DNA of 58,998 nt from an uncultured Eubacteriales bacterium (GCA_900313815.1 OMST01000008.1:1-58998); one strand, 5' to 3'; counted from the stretch's first letter, positions 1 through 10,786 are shown. Notes: generated by a model from the letters alone, not told the origin. Translations and numbers: made by a program.

Positions 1-233
1 CTTACTAGTGTTGGTATTAAAAATATTAATACTGCAGCTACTATATTAGGTACTGCTTTTTTCTTTAATGTTGAAAGTGCATCTTGATCATTCTTAGTTG
101 AAGCACTTACTGCTTTAAATATAAGCGAAAATAGTAGTATTATTGGTACTACTACCATTATTACTTTGATTATAGTTACTACTATATTCATTATTTCTAA
201 CACATTTGGGCTTTCACATATTCCTAATATCAT
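1..233 (-). CDS. Hypothetical membrane protein, N-terminal part only (gene runs off left edge)
   Basis: Not in the ORF track. Reverse-strand ATG at 231-233 is preceded by GAGGT. It translates MILGICESPNVLEIMNIVVTIIKVIMVVVPIILLFSLIFKAV...AVPNIVAAVLIFLIPTLV with two hydrophobic segments. The frame stays open to position 1. Confidence 0.45.
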   Translation of the reverse strand, partial: MILGICESPNVLEIMNIVVTIIKVIMVVVPIILLFSLIFKAVSASTKNDQDALSTLKKKAVPNIVAAVLIFLIPTLV

Positions 234-257
234 ATTCTACCTCATATTTATTGTATC

Positions 258-288
258 ATAAAAAAGAAAACTTTTATATAAGTTTTCT
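258..288 (-). terminator. Rho-independent terminator after ruvB
   Basis: Inverted repeat agaaaactt (265-273) / aagttttct (280-288) with a 6-nt loop. A U-run follows on the minus strand. It lies immediately 3' of the ruvB stop. Confidence 0.55.
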
Positions 289-289
289 A

Positions 290-1303
290 TTATTCATAAT
301 CAAACAAAGTTTTTTGATTATTTATCTTAAATTCTTTATAAGTTTTTTCAGTAACTATTCTTCCTCTAGATGTTCTTTTAACATATCCTTCTTGTAATAA
401 GAATGGTTCTATAACATCTTCTATAGTACCAACTTCTTCACCTATTGATGAAGCAATAGATTCTATACCTACTGGTCCTCCATTAAATTTTTCAACGATA
501 CTCATTAAATATTCAACATCTGTGCTATCTAAACCAGAATCATTAATTTTAAGGCGTTTTAAAGCTTTTTTTACAAGCGATAGTGTTATCTTACCATCAC
601 CTTCAACCAAAGCAAAATCTCCTACTCTTTTAAGCAATCTATTAGCAATTCTTGGAGTTTTTCTACTTCTTATTGCTATTTCATATGCAGCATCATCATC
701 AATTTGCATATTTAATACTCTAGCAGTTCTTTTTACTATTTCTTTTAATTCATCATTAGTATAAAAATCTAATTTAGAAACTATACCAAATCTATCACGT
801 AAAGGAGCTGATAAATCTCCAGCTCTTGTTGTTGCTCCAACTAAAGTCCATGGAGGTAAATCTATCTTTATATTTCTACTTTGTCCTTCACTTCCAATAA
901 TAATATCTAATTTAAAATCTTCCATAGCACTATATAGTATTTCTTCTATATATCTAGGTATTCTATGTATTTCATCTATAAATAATACATCATTAGGCTC
1001 TAAAGTAGATAATATTGCAGCTAAATCTCCACTTTTTTCAATAGTAGGTCCACTAGCTGTTTTAATATTGCTTCCAAGTTCATTAGCTATTATATGTGCT
1101 AAAGTAGTTTTACCTAATCCAGGAGGACCATATAATAATACATGATCTAGGTTAGTGCCTCTTAATTTAGCAGCTTTTACAAATACTTTTATATTTTCTT
1201 TAACATCAGTTTGACCTATATATTCATCAAATGAATCAGGTCTAATAGTCTTTTCAAAAGTATCTGCTTCTAATTCATGATTACTTACTATCCTTTCATC
1301 CAT
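290..1303 (-). CDS. ruvB: Holliday junction branch migration ATPase RuvB
   Basis: 337 aa. Walker [20 protein letters not shown] box, [13 protein letters not shown]-terminus. RuvB-typical length, and ruvA lies upstream. Confidence 0.95.
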   Translation of the reverse strand: MDERIVSNHELEADTFEKTIRPDSFDEYIGQTDVKENIKVFVKAAKLRGTNLDHVLLYGPPGLGKTTLAHIIANELGSNIKTASGPTIEKSGDLAAILSTLEPNDVLFIDEIHRIPRYIEEILYSAMEDFKLDIIIGSEGQSRNIKIDLPPWTLVGATTRAGDLSAPLRDRFGIVSKLDFYTNDELKEIVKRTARVLNMQIDDDAAYEIAIRSRKTPRIANRLLKRVGDFALVEGDGKITLSLVKKALKRLKINDSGLDSTDVEYLMSIVEKFNGGPVGIESIASSIGEEVGTIEDVIEPFLLQEGYVKRTSRGRIVTEKTYKEFKINNQKTLFDYE

Positions 1304-1871
1304 TATTTATCTCCTTAATATAATCATATACTTTATTCCAATTATCAGCTCTATTAAATCTCTTTTCATCATGATTATATGCATTTGTAAATAATAATAC
1401 TTTTATACCAGCTGAAGATACATCTTCGCAATGACTTTCTTTATCGTCTATAAACAAATCTACTTTTTCACTAATACATTCATCTACTTTGCTTCCAGTA
1501 TCAACATATATCTTATCATAATGAACTCCATTTCTTTCCAACCAATTCTTTGTTAGATTATATGGATCTTTAATATATTTACCTTTTCTAAATGAAATAA
1601 TAATTATTTTTTTACCTTCATCATGTAATTTATTGATAACGTCTTTAGCCCCTTCTTTTATTTCTGCATTATCCATAATATATTCTAATTTATCGCTAAA
1701 GAATTGGCCTTTCATTTCTTGTGGCCATCCCATCATTTTAGTAAATTCATAAGCATCAATATCTTTAATACCAGTTCCACCCAAAACCTCTTTATCATAT
1801 TTATCTGCTTCAACTATAATACGTTCATTTGTAGAACATATTGTATCATCCATATCAATTCCAATTACCAT
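1296..1871 (-). CDS. HAD-superfamily hydrolase, 5'(3')-nucleotidase-like
   Basis: 191 aa. HAD motif I GIDMDDT (DxDxT) at the N-terminus and FIDDK near the C-terminus. Overlaps the ruvB start by 8 nt. Confidence 0.6.
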   Translation of the reverse strand: MVIGIDMDDTICSTNERIIVEADKYDKEVLGGTGIKDIDAYEFTKMMGWPQEMKGQFFSDKLEYIMDNAEIKEGAKDVINKLHDEGKKIIIISFRKGKYIKDPYNLTKNWLERNGVHYDKIYVDTGSKVDECISEKVDLFIDDKESHCEDVSSAGIKVLLFTNAYNHDEKRFNRADNWNKVYDYIKEINNG

Positions 1872-1880
1872 AACTACTCC

Positions 1881-2429
1881 TTATTTTAATAATAATTTTA
1901 ATGCTTCTTTAATTTGCTCTTCAATATTTAAAGATTTATCTACTTTAGAAACAACAGATTTAATATCATTTGTTTTGTATCCTAATGATTCAAGTGCTAA
2001 AACAAGTTCATCTGATTCTACATGTACTTCATTAGATAAAACTAATTTACCTTTTAAATCTAAAATAATTTGTCTTGCTACTTTTTCTCCTATCTTAGGA
2101 AATTTCTTTAAATATAAAATATTTTCCCTATCTATAGCATCTATAATTCCGCTAATGGAACCTGTTGCTAACATAGGTAAAGCCATTTTAGGGCCTAATC
2201 CTTTTACTTCTATTAATCTTAAAAATAAATCTCTTTCTTCTTCTGTTTTAAATCCATACAATACATTTTCATCTTCTCTAACGTGATTATATACATATGC
2301 AGTTTGTATTTCACCTTCAATAAATTTATATGGATTTGGAGTAAATATTTTATATCCTACTCCGTTACATTCAATAACGACATAATTTGCTACTGTTTTA
2401 GTTACTATTCCTTTAAAATAATCAAACAT
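1881..2429 (-). CDS. ruvA: Holliday junction DNA helicase subunit RuvA
   Basis: 182 aa. MFDYFKGIV start and helix-hairpin-helix region LIEVKGLGPKMALPML. Same operon as ruvB. Confidence 0.9.
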   Translation of the reverse strand: MFDYFKGIVTKTVANYVVIECNGVGYKIFTPNPYKFIEGEIQTAYVYNHVREDENVLYGFKTEEERDLFLRLIEVKGLGPKMALPMLATGSISGIIDAIDRENILYLKKFPKIGEKVARQIILDLKGKLVLSNEVHVESDELVLALESLGYKTNDIKSVVSKVDKSLNIEEQIKEALKLLLK

Positions 2430-2476
2430 ATTATCTCACCATAATAATTATAACATATAAAAAGTAATTTAGGAAA

Positions 2477-3085
2477 TTACTTATTTATTAAATCTTTATA
2501 TTTTTTATTTATTCTAAAGAATGTATTTTCTACATGTTTTTTATCTTTATCTAATAATATAGATATTTCACTATTAGATAATCCTTTTAATTTTAATTCA
2601 AATACAGCTAGTTCACCTTTACTTAATACTTTTTTTAAGTTATCAATTAATTCATCATTACTTTCTTTATCAATTAATATTTTATTTGGTTCACTACTTT
2701 CATCTTTAAATACTTCATACATACTATTATTGCTATCATTTATTAGTTTATCTAATGAATAAGAATTATTTAATATTCTATTCTTTTTTTCAAATGTTTT
2801 TTTAATAGCATTTATTATATTTTTTCTAATGCATGCATTTGCATAAGTATAAAATAATATATTTTTGTCTTTATCAAAAGAATGTATAGCATGTAATAAA
2901 CCAACTAATCCTTCTTGATATAAATCAGCGATTTCAACACCAATAATATTATATTTTTTGGTATACTCTTTTAATATGTTAAAAATACAATTTTTATATT
3001 TATCAATTATTTTATTTACTGCATCTTCATTATTTTCTGCACATAAATATAATAATTCATTATCATTTAATTCTTTATAATCCAT
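2477..3085 (-). CDS. sigH: Sigma-70 family sigma factor, SigH-like
   Basis: 202 aa. Region 2 DLYQEGLVGLLHAIHSFD and region 4 HTH LSNSEISILLDKDKKHVENTFFRINKK. It directly follows rlmB, as sigH follows yacO/yacP in Bacillus subtilis. Confidence 0.55.
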   Translation of the reverse strand: MDYKELNDNELLYLCAENNEDAVNKIIDKYKNCIFNILKEYTKKYNIIGVEIADLYQEGLVGLLHAIHSFDKDKNILFYTYANACIRKNIINAIKKTFEKKNRILNNSYSLDKLINDSNNSMYEVFKDESSEPNKILIDKESNDELIDNLKKVLSKGELAVFELKLKGLSNSEISILLDKDKKHVENTFFRINKKYKDLINK

Positions 3086-3092
3086 AACCCAC

Positions 3093-3791
3093 CTATTTAT
3101 ATTTAACTATTTCATATATTATAATTCCAGCAGCAACACTTGCATTTAATGAATTAATTTTACCTCTCATTGGAATAGATACTATTTCATCACATGATTC
3201 ATGTACTAAATGTTTCATACCATGTCCTTCATTACCAATTACAAGACAAGTTTTACCACTATAATCTATATCTCTATAGTTTTTTCCTTTCATATCAGCA
3301 CCATATATCCAATAACCGATGTCTTTTAATTTTTTAATAGTATTATTTAAATTAGTTACTTCACATATTTTAACACCATTAATGGCTCCAACTGAGGTTT
3401 TATATACAGTACTATTAACAGAAACACTTCTATTCTTAGGTATAATAATATAATCTACTTTAGCAGACTCACATGTTCTTATAATTGCTCCAAAATTATG
3501 TGGATCTTCAATAGAATCTAACATAACTATAAAATTAGATTTATCATCATTTTCTATATCTTTAATATCTAAATATTTATATTCTTCAATATCTAATGCA
3601 ATTCCTTGATTAGAGGTATTGTTGCACATTTTATCTAATTTATTTTTATCTATATGAAATTTCTTAAGATTTAATTTATTTATTTTTTCTAATAGTTCAT
3701 CATCTTTAAAATTATTTTCAAGAAATACTTTATATACTTTAACACCATTATTTAATATTTCATTTACTACATTTTTTCCATATACTAACAT
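3093..3791 (-). CDS. rlmB: TrmH/SpoU-family 23S rRNA 2'-O-methyltransferase (RlmB/YacO-like)
   Basis: 232 aa. SpoU motifs LDSIEDPHNFGAIIRT, LVIGNEGHGM and IPMRGKINSLNASVAAGIIIYE. Confidence 0.8.
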   Translation of the reverse strand: MLVYGKNVVNEILNNGVKVYKVFLENNFKDDELLEKINKLNLKKFHIDKNKLDKMCNNTSNQGIALDIEEYKYLDIKDIENDDKSNFIVMLDSIEDPHNFGAIIRTCESAKVDYIIIPKNRSVSVNSTVYKTSVGAINGVKICEVTNLNNTIKKLKDIGYWIYGADMKGKNYRDIDYSGKTCLVIGNEGHGMKHLVHESCDEIVSIPMRGKINSLNASVAAGIIIYEIVKYK

Positions 3792-3840
3792 AATATACCT
3801 CCATCATTAATCATATTTTATCAATAATTTATTTATTGTC

Positions 3841-3877
3841 AAATATTTATTAAAAGAGAATAAATAATTATTCTCTT
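3841..3877 (-). terminator. Rho-independent terminator after lgt
   Basis: Perfect 10-bp inverted repeat aagagaataa (3854-3863) / ttattctctt (3868-3877) with a 4-nt loop. The minus-strand tail is U-rich. Confidence 0.6.
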
Positions 3878-4691
3878 AAAATCTTATTTCTTCTACTTCA
3901 ACTCTATTATATAAGTCATCTAATTTAGGTTTTTGAGCTTGTATTATTTCTACAATTATACCTGCTATAACCATAGCTACACTAACTATTCTAGCTATTT
4001 TAAAATTACCTAACATTAAACTATCTGCTCTAAATATTTCTATTACAAATCTAGCAACTCCATACCATATTAGATAGAAACCAAAGATTTGACTTTCTTT
4101 TAAATATTTTCCTCTTCTTAAAAATAATGTTACTATAAAACCTAATAAACACCATAATGATTCAAAATAGAACATAGGTAATCTATAAGCACCATCTATA
4201 TACATATTATCAATTACAAATTGAGGAATTATTTTTAAATTAATAAGAGTATTATATTCAACTATGCTTCCATATGCTTCGCTATTAAAGAAATTACCCC
4301 ATCTACCTATTGCTTGAGCAAGTAATAAAGGTACTACTACTATATCAAGTATCTTTCCTACTCTCATACCATATTTTTTACAATAAACAAATAAAGTTAT
4401 AAGGCCAAAAGCTAATCCACCATGAATAGCAAGTCCACCTTTCCATATTTGAACTGTTTCCATTAAATGATTTGAATAATAATCTAAATTAAATAATACA
4501 TAATATAATCTAGCTCCTATAATCCCGAATATAATTGTCCAAAACATTAAATTAAATACAAATTCATTTTTAATTTGAAATTTTCTACATTCACTTTTTA
4601 TCATAAAATAAGATATTATTACAGCAATAGCTATTAATATACTATACCATCTAATTTCAAAATTCCCTATTGAAAATGCTACTGGATTCAT
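3876..4691 (-). CDS. lgt: Prolipoprotein diacylglyceryl transferase
   Basis: 271 aa polytopic protein. Lgt signature GRWGNFFNSEAYG and HGGLAFG. Confidence 0.9.
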   Translation of the reverse strand: MNPVAFSIGNFEIRWYSILIAIAVIISYFMIKSECRKFQIKNEFVFNLMFWTIIFGIIGARLYYVLFNLDYYSNHLMETVQIWKGGLAIHGGLAFGLITLFVYCKKYGMRVGKILDIVVVPLLLAQAIGRWGNFFNSEAYGSIVEYNTLINLKIIPQFVIDNMYIDGAYRLPMFYFESLWCLLGFIVTLFLRRGKYLKESQIFGFYLIWYGVARFVIEIFRADSLMLGNFKIARIVSVAMVIAGIIVEIIQAQKPKLDDLYNRVEVEEIRF

Positions 4692-4692
4692 A

Positions 4693-5115
4693 TTATTTAC
4701 CCACTTTCTTAGTAATTAAATTATCTAAAAACATTTTAAATATACTTATAAATATTGATATAAAAAATATTGATAAAAAACCATGTAATACAAAATGATA
4801 ACCCATTATTACATCACACAATTTTAATATTACCATATTTACTATAGGATATGCTATACCTAGAGTTAAAATAGTAAGTGGTAATGTCCAATATATTAAT
4901 AATGGTTTAATAGTATAATTTAATAAACTTAGTATTAAGGCAGCTATTAAAGCAGAAATATAATTATCAATATATATTCCTTTAAATAAATAGTTAGCCA
5001 TTAATAGAACTAATGTATAAACTAATATACCTACTACAAATTTTAATAAATCACTCTTATTATCATATTTTTCATTTTCAATTTTATAAAGTTTCACTTT
5101 ACTCAAGAATATCAC
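4693..5115 (-). CDS. YvlD/DUF360 (phage holin family 4-like) membrane protein
   Basis: 140 aa with 4 hydrophobic segments. LLNYTIKPLLIYWTLPLTILTLGIAYPIVNMVILKL matches the remembered YvlD-type pattern. The lgt neighbourhood resembles B. subtilis. Confidence 0.6.
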   Translation of the reverse strand: MIFLSKVKLYKIENEKYDNKSDLLKFVVGILVYTLVLLMANYLFKGIYIDNYISALIAALILSLLNYTIKPLLIYWTLPLTILTLGIAYPIVNMVILKLCDVIMGYHFVLHGFLSIFFISIFISIFKMFLDNLITKKVGK

Positions 5116-6287
5116 CTCATTTGATTTTCCATTGATTTTACTTTTAACATTTCTTTTAATAAATTAACATCCATAACTCTTAATTCTTCAATACCATCCT
5201 TTTTAGTTTTAACATAATTATTAATGGTAATTTCACCCATTTTTTTAGAAATGTTTTGTTTAGCTAAACTAATAATTTCTTCCATTAGTGTTTCTATATT
5301 AGCAATACCTTTTTTATATAAATTCATTGATATAGCTTCATTACCAATTTTTCCATTAGAATAATGTTTCTTAAATGTAGAATAACCGCCCTCTATATTA
5401 TAAATACTTAAATAGTTTAATAATGCTTCTGATAACATTTCTACTTTAGGATCCTTTAATGATTTAATTAAATTATAGTAATTCTTTCTAACTATTTCTT
5501 TATATTCTTCTGCTCTTAATTTATTAGTACTTATTACATTAGATCTTTTACCTTTAATACCTTCCATAGTACTTTCTATATCAAATTCAATACCAGAAAT
5601 TTCTCTAAATGTTTGTCTTAAATAATTAATATATTCAGGTAAAGTTATTGTCGTTGGTTCTTTCATATCATCAATATTATTTGAAAGTAATACCCAATCA
5701 TCTAATTCATCTTTTTTAGACATAACCATATCCTCTTTAGATTCTATTAAACGTAGTTTATTAATTCCAGAAACACCTAAAACTTTACTAACCATTTTTT
5801 CACGTTCAATGCATAATGCATAAATAATGCTTCTTAATTCAGATGCTTTTAAATCATTATATTCTAATTTAAAACATTCATTTTTCAATTCCATTATTTT
5901 TTGACATATAGCTAAATAACTTCTAGAATCATAATCAAGGTCACTAGTAGTTGGTGCTTGTTTAGTAACTGATAAATGTTGCTTAAATATATTATATATA
6001 TCCATTAAAACATCATATTCAGCTTTGATTTCTAATAAATAGTCATATATTTTTTTAGATTTATTTTTATTATATTCTTTTAACAAATTATTATATTTAG
6101 TTGATATTTCATTTATTCTAACTTGTAATTCTCTATATATTTGATTAATATCTTCTAATTTATTTAGAGGAAGTACTTTATTATAGTATTCAGTAAACAA
6201 ACGTGTATTCATACTTTGTTTATTGATGTTATATAATTTTACAAGATTATCATATAATGCTTTTTTAAAACTATATATTTTATCCAT
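5112..6287 (-). CDS. Hypothetical soluble protein, K/E/N-rich and probably coiled-coil
   Basis: 391-aa ORF with no recognisable motif. Its stop overlaps the yvlD-like start by 4 nt, suggesting translational coupling. Confidence 0.5.
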   Translation of the reverse strand: MDKIYSFKKALYDNLVKLYNINKQSMNTRLFTEYYNKVLPLNKLEDINQIYRELQVRINEISTKYNNLLKEYNKNKSKKIYDYLLEIKAEYDVLMDIYNIFKQHLSVTKQAPTTSDLDYDSRSYLAICQKIMELKNECFKLEYNDLKASELRSIIYALCIEREKMVSKVLGVSGINKLRLIESKEDMVMSKKDELDDWVLLSNNIDDMKEPTTITLPEYINYLRQTFREISGIEFDIESTMEGIKGKRSNVISTNKLRAEEYKEIVRKNYYNLIKSLKDPKVEMLSEALLNYLSIYNIEGGYSTFKKHYSNGKIGNEAISMNLYKKGIANIETLMEEIISLAKQNISKKMGEITINNYVKTKKDGIEELRVMDVNLLKEMLKVKSMENQMR

Positions 6288-6359
6288 TATATACCTCCAC
6301 TACTATAGATTATTATACTATTTTATTAATATTAAAACAAGAAAAAATAGTAATAACTA

Positions 6360-7163
6360 CTATTTTGTGATATGAACATCCATTTGTGGATAAGGTATTT
6401 CAATTTTATTTTTATTAAATGCTTTTTTAACTTCTTCCATAAACGTAAAGTATGTTTCCCAGTAATCAGGTGATTTAACCCAAAATCTTACAACAAAATC
6501 TAATGATGATGTATTATGAGTTTTTAATCTAATTAATATAGGTTCTTCTTTTAAAGATAATTCTAAGTTATTAATAACATCTTTAATGACTTTTTTAACC
6601 TTATCAATATCAGAATTATAAGATACAGATATTATTGTATTAATCATTCTTGTTTTCATAGTACTATAATTAATAATTGAAGAATTTGAAAGCCCTCCGT
6701 TAGGAATTTGAATTACTTTATTATCAATAGTTACTATTGTTGTATAGAATAATGATATAGATTTTACTGTTCCTTCATAACCGGATGCTTCTACAAAGTC
6801 TCCAATTACAAATGGTCTAAATATTAATAACATTACACCACCTGCTAAATTAGAAAGTCCGCCTTGTAAAGCTAAGCCTATCGCAACAGCAGCAGATCCT
6901 AATAAAGTAATTATAGATGTCATAGGTATTCCAAGTATACTAAGTATTGTAATAAATAATAGTACTTTTAATCCTATAGAAGAAAAACTAATTAAAAAGC
7001 TTTTGACATTAATATCTAATTTTTTAAATCTGTTTTCTTTCTTTAAGCATCTAACCAAAGCATTAATTATTTTGGTACCTATTATTAATATTATTATACT
7101 AACAAGTAACTTGCTCCCTAAATCAACACCAATATTAACTAATTTATCAATATATTTATCCAT
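6360..7163 (-). CDS. mscS: Small-conductance mechanosensitive channel (MscS family)
   Basis: 267 aa with 3 N-terminal TM segments, followed by LIFRPFVIGDFVEASGYEGTVKSISLFYTTIVTIDNKVIQIPNG (MscS beta-domain pattern). Confidence 0.8.
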   Translation of the reverse strand: MDKYIDKLVNIGVDLGSKLLVSIIILIIGTKIINALVRCLKKENRFKKLDINVKSFLISFSSIGLKVLLFITILSILGIPMTSIITLLGSAAVAIGLALQGGLSNLAGGVMLLIFRPFVIGDFVEASGYEGTVKSISLFYTTIVTIDNKVIQIPNGGLSNSSIINYSTMKTRMINTIISVSYNSDIDKVKKVIKDVINNLELSLKEEPILIRLKTHNTSSLDFVVRFWVKSPDYWETYFTFMEEVKKAFNKNKIEIPYPQMDVHITK

Positions 7164-7175
7164 AATAAACTCCTT

Positions 7176-9986
7176 TTATAAATATTTTTTTAAGAACATT
7201 CCAGTATATGAATCTTTACATTTAACGACTTCTTCCGGTGTACCTTTAGCAATTATTTTTCCTCCAAAGTCTCCACCTTCAGGCCCAAGATCAATAATAT
7301 GATCAGCTTGTTTAATTATATCTAAATTATGTTCTATAACTATGACTGTATCTCCATTATCAACTATTTTATTTAAAATTACAAGTAGTTTTTTAATATC
7401 ATCTTGATGTAATCCAGTAGAAGGTTCGTCTAATATAAATACGCTTTTTCCAGTAGGCTTCTTTTGCAATTCTTTAGCTAATTTTACTCTTGAAGCTTCT
7501 CCTCCAGATAATGTAACAGCACTTTGACCCAATTTAACATATCCAAGTCCAACTTCTTGCATTACTTTTAAAGTTTTATATACTTTAGGAACATTTTCAA
7601 ATATCTCTATTGCTTCATCTACTCTTAAGTCTAACACTTCAGAAATATTTAAACCTTTAAATTTAATTTTTAAGGTTTCTTTATTATATCTAGTAGCATT
7701 ACATACATCACATGGAACATAAACATCAGGCAAGAAATGCATCTCTATTCTTTTAACTCCATCTCCAGAACATGCTTCACAACGTCCACCTTTAACATTA
7801 AAACTAAATCTACTTTTATCATATCCTCTTATTTTAGCTTCTTTAGTTTGAGCAAATACATCTCTTATTGAATCAAATACACCAGTATAAGTAGCTGGAT
7901 TACTTCTTGGGGTTCTTCCAATAGGATCTTGTGTAATATTTACTATTTTATCTACATATTCTATTCCTTTAATAGCTTTATATTTACCAGGTTTATCTTT
8001 AGATTTATTTATTTTAGATGATAATATTTTACCTAATATTTCATTTACTAATGTAGATTTACCACTACCAGATACTCCAGTTACACATATAAATTTACCT
8101 AAAGGAAATTCTACATTAATGTTTTTAAGATTGTTTTCTTTACAACCAGTAATTTTAATTTCTTTTCCATTACCTTTTCTTCTCTTTTTAGGAACCTCTA
8201 TTTTTTCTTTTCCACTTAAATATCTTCCGGTAATAGAATTTTCACATTTCATTACTTCTTCTGGAGTACCACATGCCACTAAATAACCACCATCTCTTCC
8301 AGCCTTAGGACCTATATCTACCAAATAATCTGCTTCAAGCATAGTATCAGTATCATGTTCTACTACTATTAAAGTATTTCCTAAATCTCTCATTTCCTTT
8401 AATGATTTAATTAATTTTTCATTATCTCTTTGATGTAAGCCAATAGATGGTTCATCTAATACATACAATATCCCAGAAAGTCTACTACCTATTTGAGTAG
8501 CTAATCTAATTCTTTGAGCTTCTCCACCACTTAGTGTAGCAGCTTCTCTTGATAATGTTAAATATTCTAAACCTACATTTTTTAAAAAACTTAATCTTTC
8601 TTTTATTTCTTTAATTATTAAAAATGATATTTCTTTTTGTTCATTATTAAGTTTTAAATCATCAAAGAAATCAATTAAATCTCTGATACTTAGTTGAGTA
8701 ACTTCATATATGTTTTTACCATTTATTCTTACACTTAATGCTTCATCTCTAAGTCTTGTTTGATGACAATGCGAACATGGAAGTTCAGTCATATATTTTT
8801 CTATCCATTCTCTAATCGCACCACTTGTAGTTTCCATATATCTTCTTTCTAGATTTGTAATAATTCCTTCAAAATAATCATAGCTTTTTAAAGTACTACC
8901 ACTTCTAGTAGTTAATGTTAAATCTAATTTCTCAGGAGATTTATATAATATAATATCTAATTCTTCACGAGTTAAATCTTTTACAGGTTTATATAAGTCT
9001 ATATTATAATGTTTAGCTACTAAAGCTAATTTTTTAAATGCTATATTTAATGTCTCACCACTTTGAAAAGATGCAACTGCTCCCTCCATAATAGATAAAT
9101 TTTTATCGGGTATTAATATATCTTCATCAATATGCAGATTAACACCAAGTCCTTTACACTCTGGACAAGCACCGTATGGACTATTAAAAGAAAATAGTCT
9201 TGGTTCAAGTTCAGGAATACTAAAATTACATAAAGGACAAGAATAATTCTCACTCATTACAATTTCTTTATCACCAATAACATTTATTATAACTTTTGAT
9301 GATGCATTTCGACATGATAACTCAATTGCTTCAAATATTCTAGAACGGCTATCTTCTTTAATAACTATTCTATCAACAATAATATCTATATTATGTTTTT
9401 TATTTTTATCTAAAATAATATCTTCACTTAAGTCTTTTACTTCTCCATCTACTCTTACTCTTACAAATCCATCTTTTCTAAGATCATCTAATAAATCTTT
9501 ATGAGTTCCCTTTTCACCGTGGATAACAGGCGCTAAAATTTCTATTTTAGTGCCAGTTGGATACTCTAATACTTTATTAGTCATTTCCTCTATGCTTTGT
9601 TCTTTAACGGGTATATTATGTTTTGGACAATAAGGAGTACCAATTCTAGCAAATAATAATCTTAAATAATCATATATTTCAGTAACTGTTCCTACTGTAC
9701 TTCTAGGGTTTTTATTAGTAGACTTTTGATCAATACTTATACTAGGACTTAATCCTTCGATAGAATCAACTTCAGGTTTATTCATATTACCAAGAAATTG
9801 TCTAGCATAAGCACTTAAACTTTCTACATATCTTCTTTGACCTTCAGCATATATAGTATCAAATGCTAAAGAAGATTTACCACTACCAGATACTCCAGTC
9901 ATTACAATAAGTTTATTTTTAGGTAGCTCTAAATCTATATTTTTCAAATTGTTTTCGTGTGCATTTTTAATTATAATTTTATCCAT
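7176..9986 (-). CDS. uvrA: Excinuclease ABC subunit A
   Basis: Two ABC modules (GVSGSGKSSLAF and GVSGSGKSTLV; LSGGEAQR and LSGGEASR) plus CxxC zinc modules. Start moved to MDKIIIKNAHENNLK at 9986, preceded by GAGGGTGAT. The track's 12 extra residues lack an RBS. Confidence 0.95.
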   Translation of the reverse strand: MDKIIIKNAHENNLKNIDLELPKNKLIVMTGVSGSGKSSLAFDTIYAEGQRRYVESLSAYARQFLGNMNKPEVDSIEGLSPSISIDQKSTNKNPRSTVGTVTEIYDYLRLLFARIGTPYCPKHNIPVKEQSIEEMTNKVLEYPTGTKIEILAPVIHGEKGTHKDLLDDLRKDGFVRVRVDGEVKDLSEDIILDKNKKHNIDIIVDRIVIKEDSRSRIFEAIELSCRNASSKVIINVIGDKEIVMSENYSCPLCNFSIPELEPRLFSFNSPYGACPECKGLGVNLHIDEDILIPDKNLSIMEGAVASFQSGETLNIAFKKLALVAKHYNIDLYKPVKDLTREELDIILYKSPEKLDLTLTTRSGSTLKSYDYFEGIITNLERRYMETTSGAIREWIEKYMTELPCSHCHQTRLRDEALSVRINGKNIYEVTQLSIRDLIDFFDDLKLNNEQKEISFLIIKEIKERLSFLKNVGLEYLTLSREAATLSGGEAQRIRLATQIGSRLSGILYVLDEPSIGLHQRDNEKLIKSLKEMRDLGNTLIVVEHDTDTMLEADYLVDIGPKAGRDGGYLVACGTPEEVMKCENSITGRYLSGKEKIEVPKKRRKGNGKEIKITGCKENNLKNINVEFPLGKFICVTGVSGSGKSTLVNEILGKILSSKINKSKDKPGKYKAIKGIEYVDKIVNITQDPIGRTPRSNPATYTGVFDSIRDVFAQTKEAKIRGYDKSRFSFNVKGGRCEACSGDGVKRIEMHFLPDVYVPCDVCNATRYNKETLKIKFKGLNISEVLDLRVDEAIEIFENVPKVYKTLKVMQEVGLGYVKLGQSAVTLSGGEASRVKLAKELQKKPTGKSVFILDEPSTGLHQDDIKKLLVILNKIVDNGDTVIVIEHNLDIIKQADHIIDLGPEGGDFGGKIIAKGTPEEVVKCKDSYTGMFLKKYL

Positions 9987-10089
9987 AATATCACCCTCAA
10001 ATTTTCCAATATTATACCACAACTATTTATATAAATCACTATTATTTTTTAAACGAAAATGTGTTTGTATTAAAAATCAAAAAAAAGAA

Positions 10090-10563
10090 TTAGCAAGCAG
10101 GATTATATTCAGATGTAGGTAAATCACAACAACCACATGCTTTTCCTTTATTATTAGATATACATTTAGTATTACCTCCTTGATTAGAAATAATACAACT
10201 ATTAACATATTCAGTATTACTATTACCAGGTGTCATATATGCTTTATATATTTTAACTAAATAACTACTAGGAAATTCATCACCGGTTACTGGATTAATT
10301 AATTTTTCTGAAAGATAATTTTCATTTTGAATTTCACCTAATCTAACATATATATCTCCACTAGTAGTAAAAGATGATAACCATGAATCGTTTAAATCTA
10401 CAAAAACTAATGCAGCTTGTTGTACTTCCATATATTTATTAACTAAATCCTCTTCATCGGCTTCATCATTACCAGATGTAAACATAGTTACAGAAGCAAC
10501 ACCTACTACAGCCATTATGGCAATTACAACTAATAGTTCTAATAAAGTAAAACCATTCTTCAT
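10090..10563 (-). CDS. Prepilin-type N-terminal cleavage/methylation domain protein (pilin-like A)
   Basis: 157 aa. MKNG|FTLLELLVVIAIMAVVG gives G-1, F+1, E+5 and a hydrophobic helix. C-terminal region carries 6 Cys. RBS GGTGAT. Confidence 0.8.
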   Translation of the reverse strand: MKNGFTLLELLVVIAIMAVVGVASVTMFTSGNDEADEEDLVNKYMEVQQAALVFVDLNDSWLSSFTTSGDIYVRLGEIQNENYLSEKLINPVTGDEFPSSYLVKIYKAYMTPGNSNTEYVNSCIISNQGGNTKCISNNKGKACGCCDLPTSEYNPAC

Positions 10564-10603
10564 ACTATCACCTAGTATAATTATACAATAAGAAAATATA
10601 TTT

Positions 10604-10786
10604 TTAAAGATTATTTTTAATATATTTAATAAAATTATTATAACCAGTAATATACCCTAAATCATATATTTTAGCCTTTAAATCATGATTTATATTATAT
10701 TTAAACAATTTGTACCTTCCACTCTCTAGTGCATCTAATATTCCTTTAAAATATGCTGTTTTATATATATTTATTAACTCTTCCAT
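10604..10786 (-). CDS. Hypothetical small protein
   Basis: 60-aa ORF with a strong GGAGG RBS, lying between the two pilin-like genes. No motif recognised. Confidence 0.4.
   Translation of the reverse strand: MEELINIYKTAYFKGILDALESGRYKLFKYNINHDLKAKIYDLGYITGYNNFIKYIKNNL

Noticed and set aside
4693-5115. Phage holin family gene as evidence of a prophage
   Set aside because: There are no other phage genes nearby. YvlD/DUF360-type proteins are conserved chromosomal genes near lgt and uvrA in Bacillus-like genomes.
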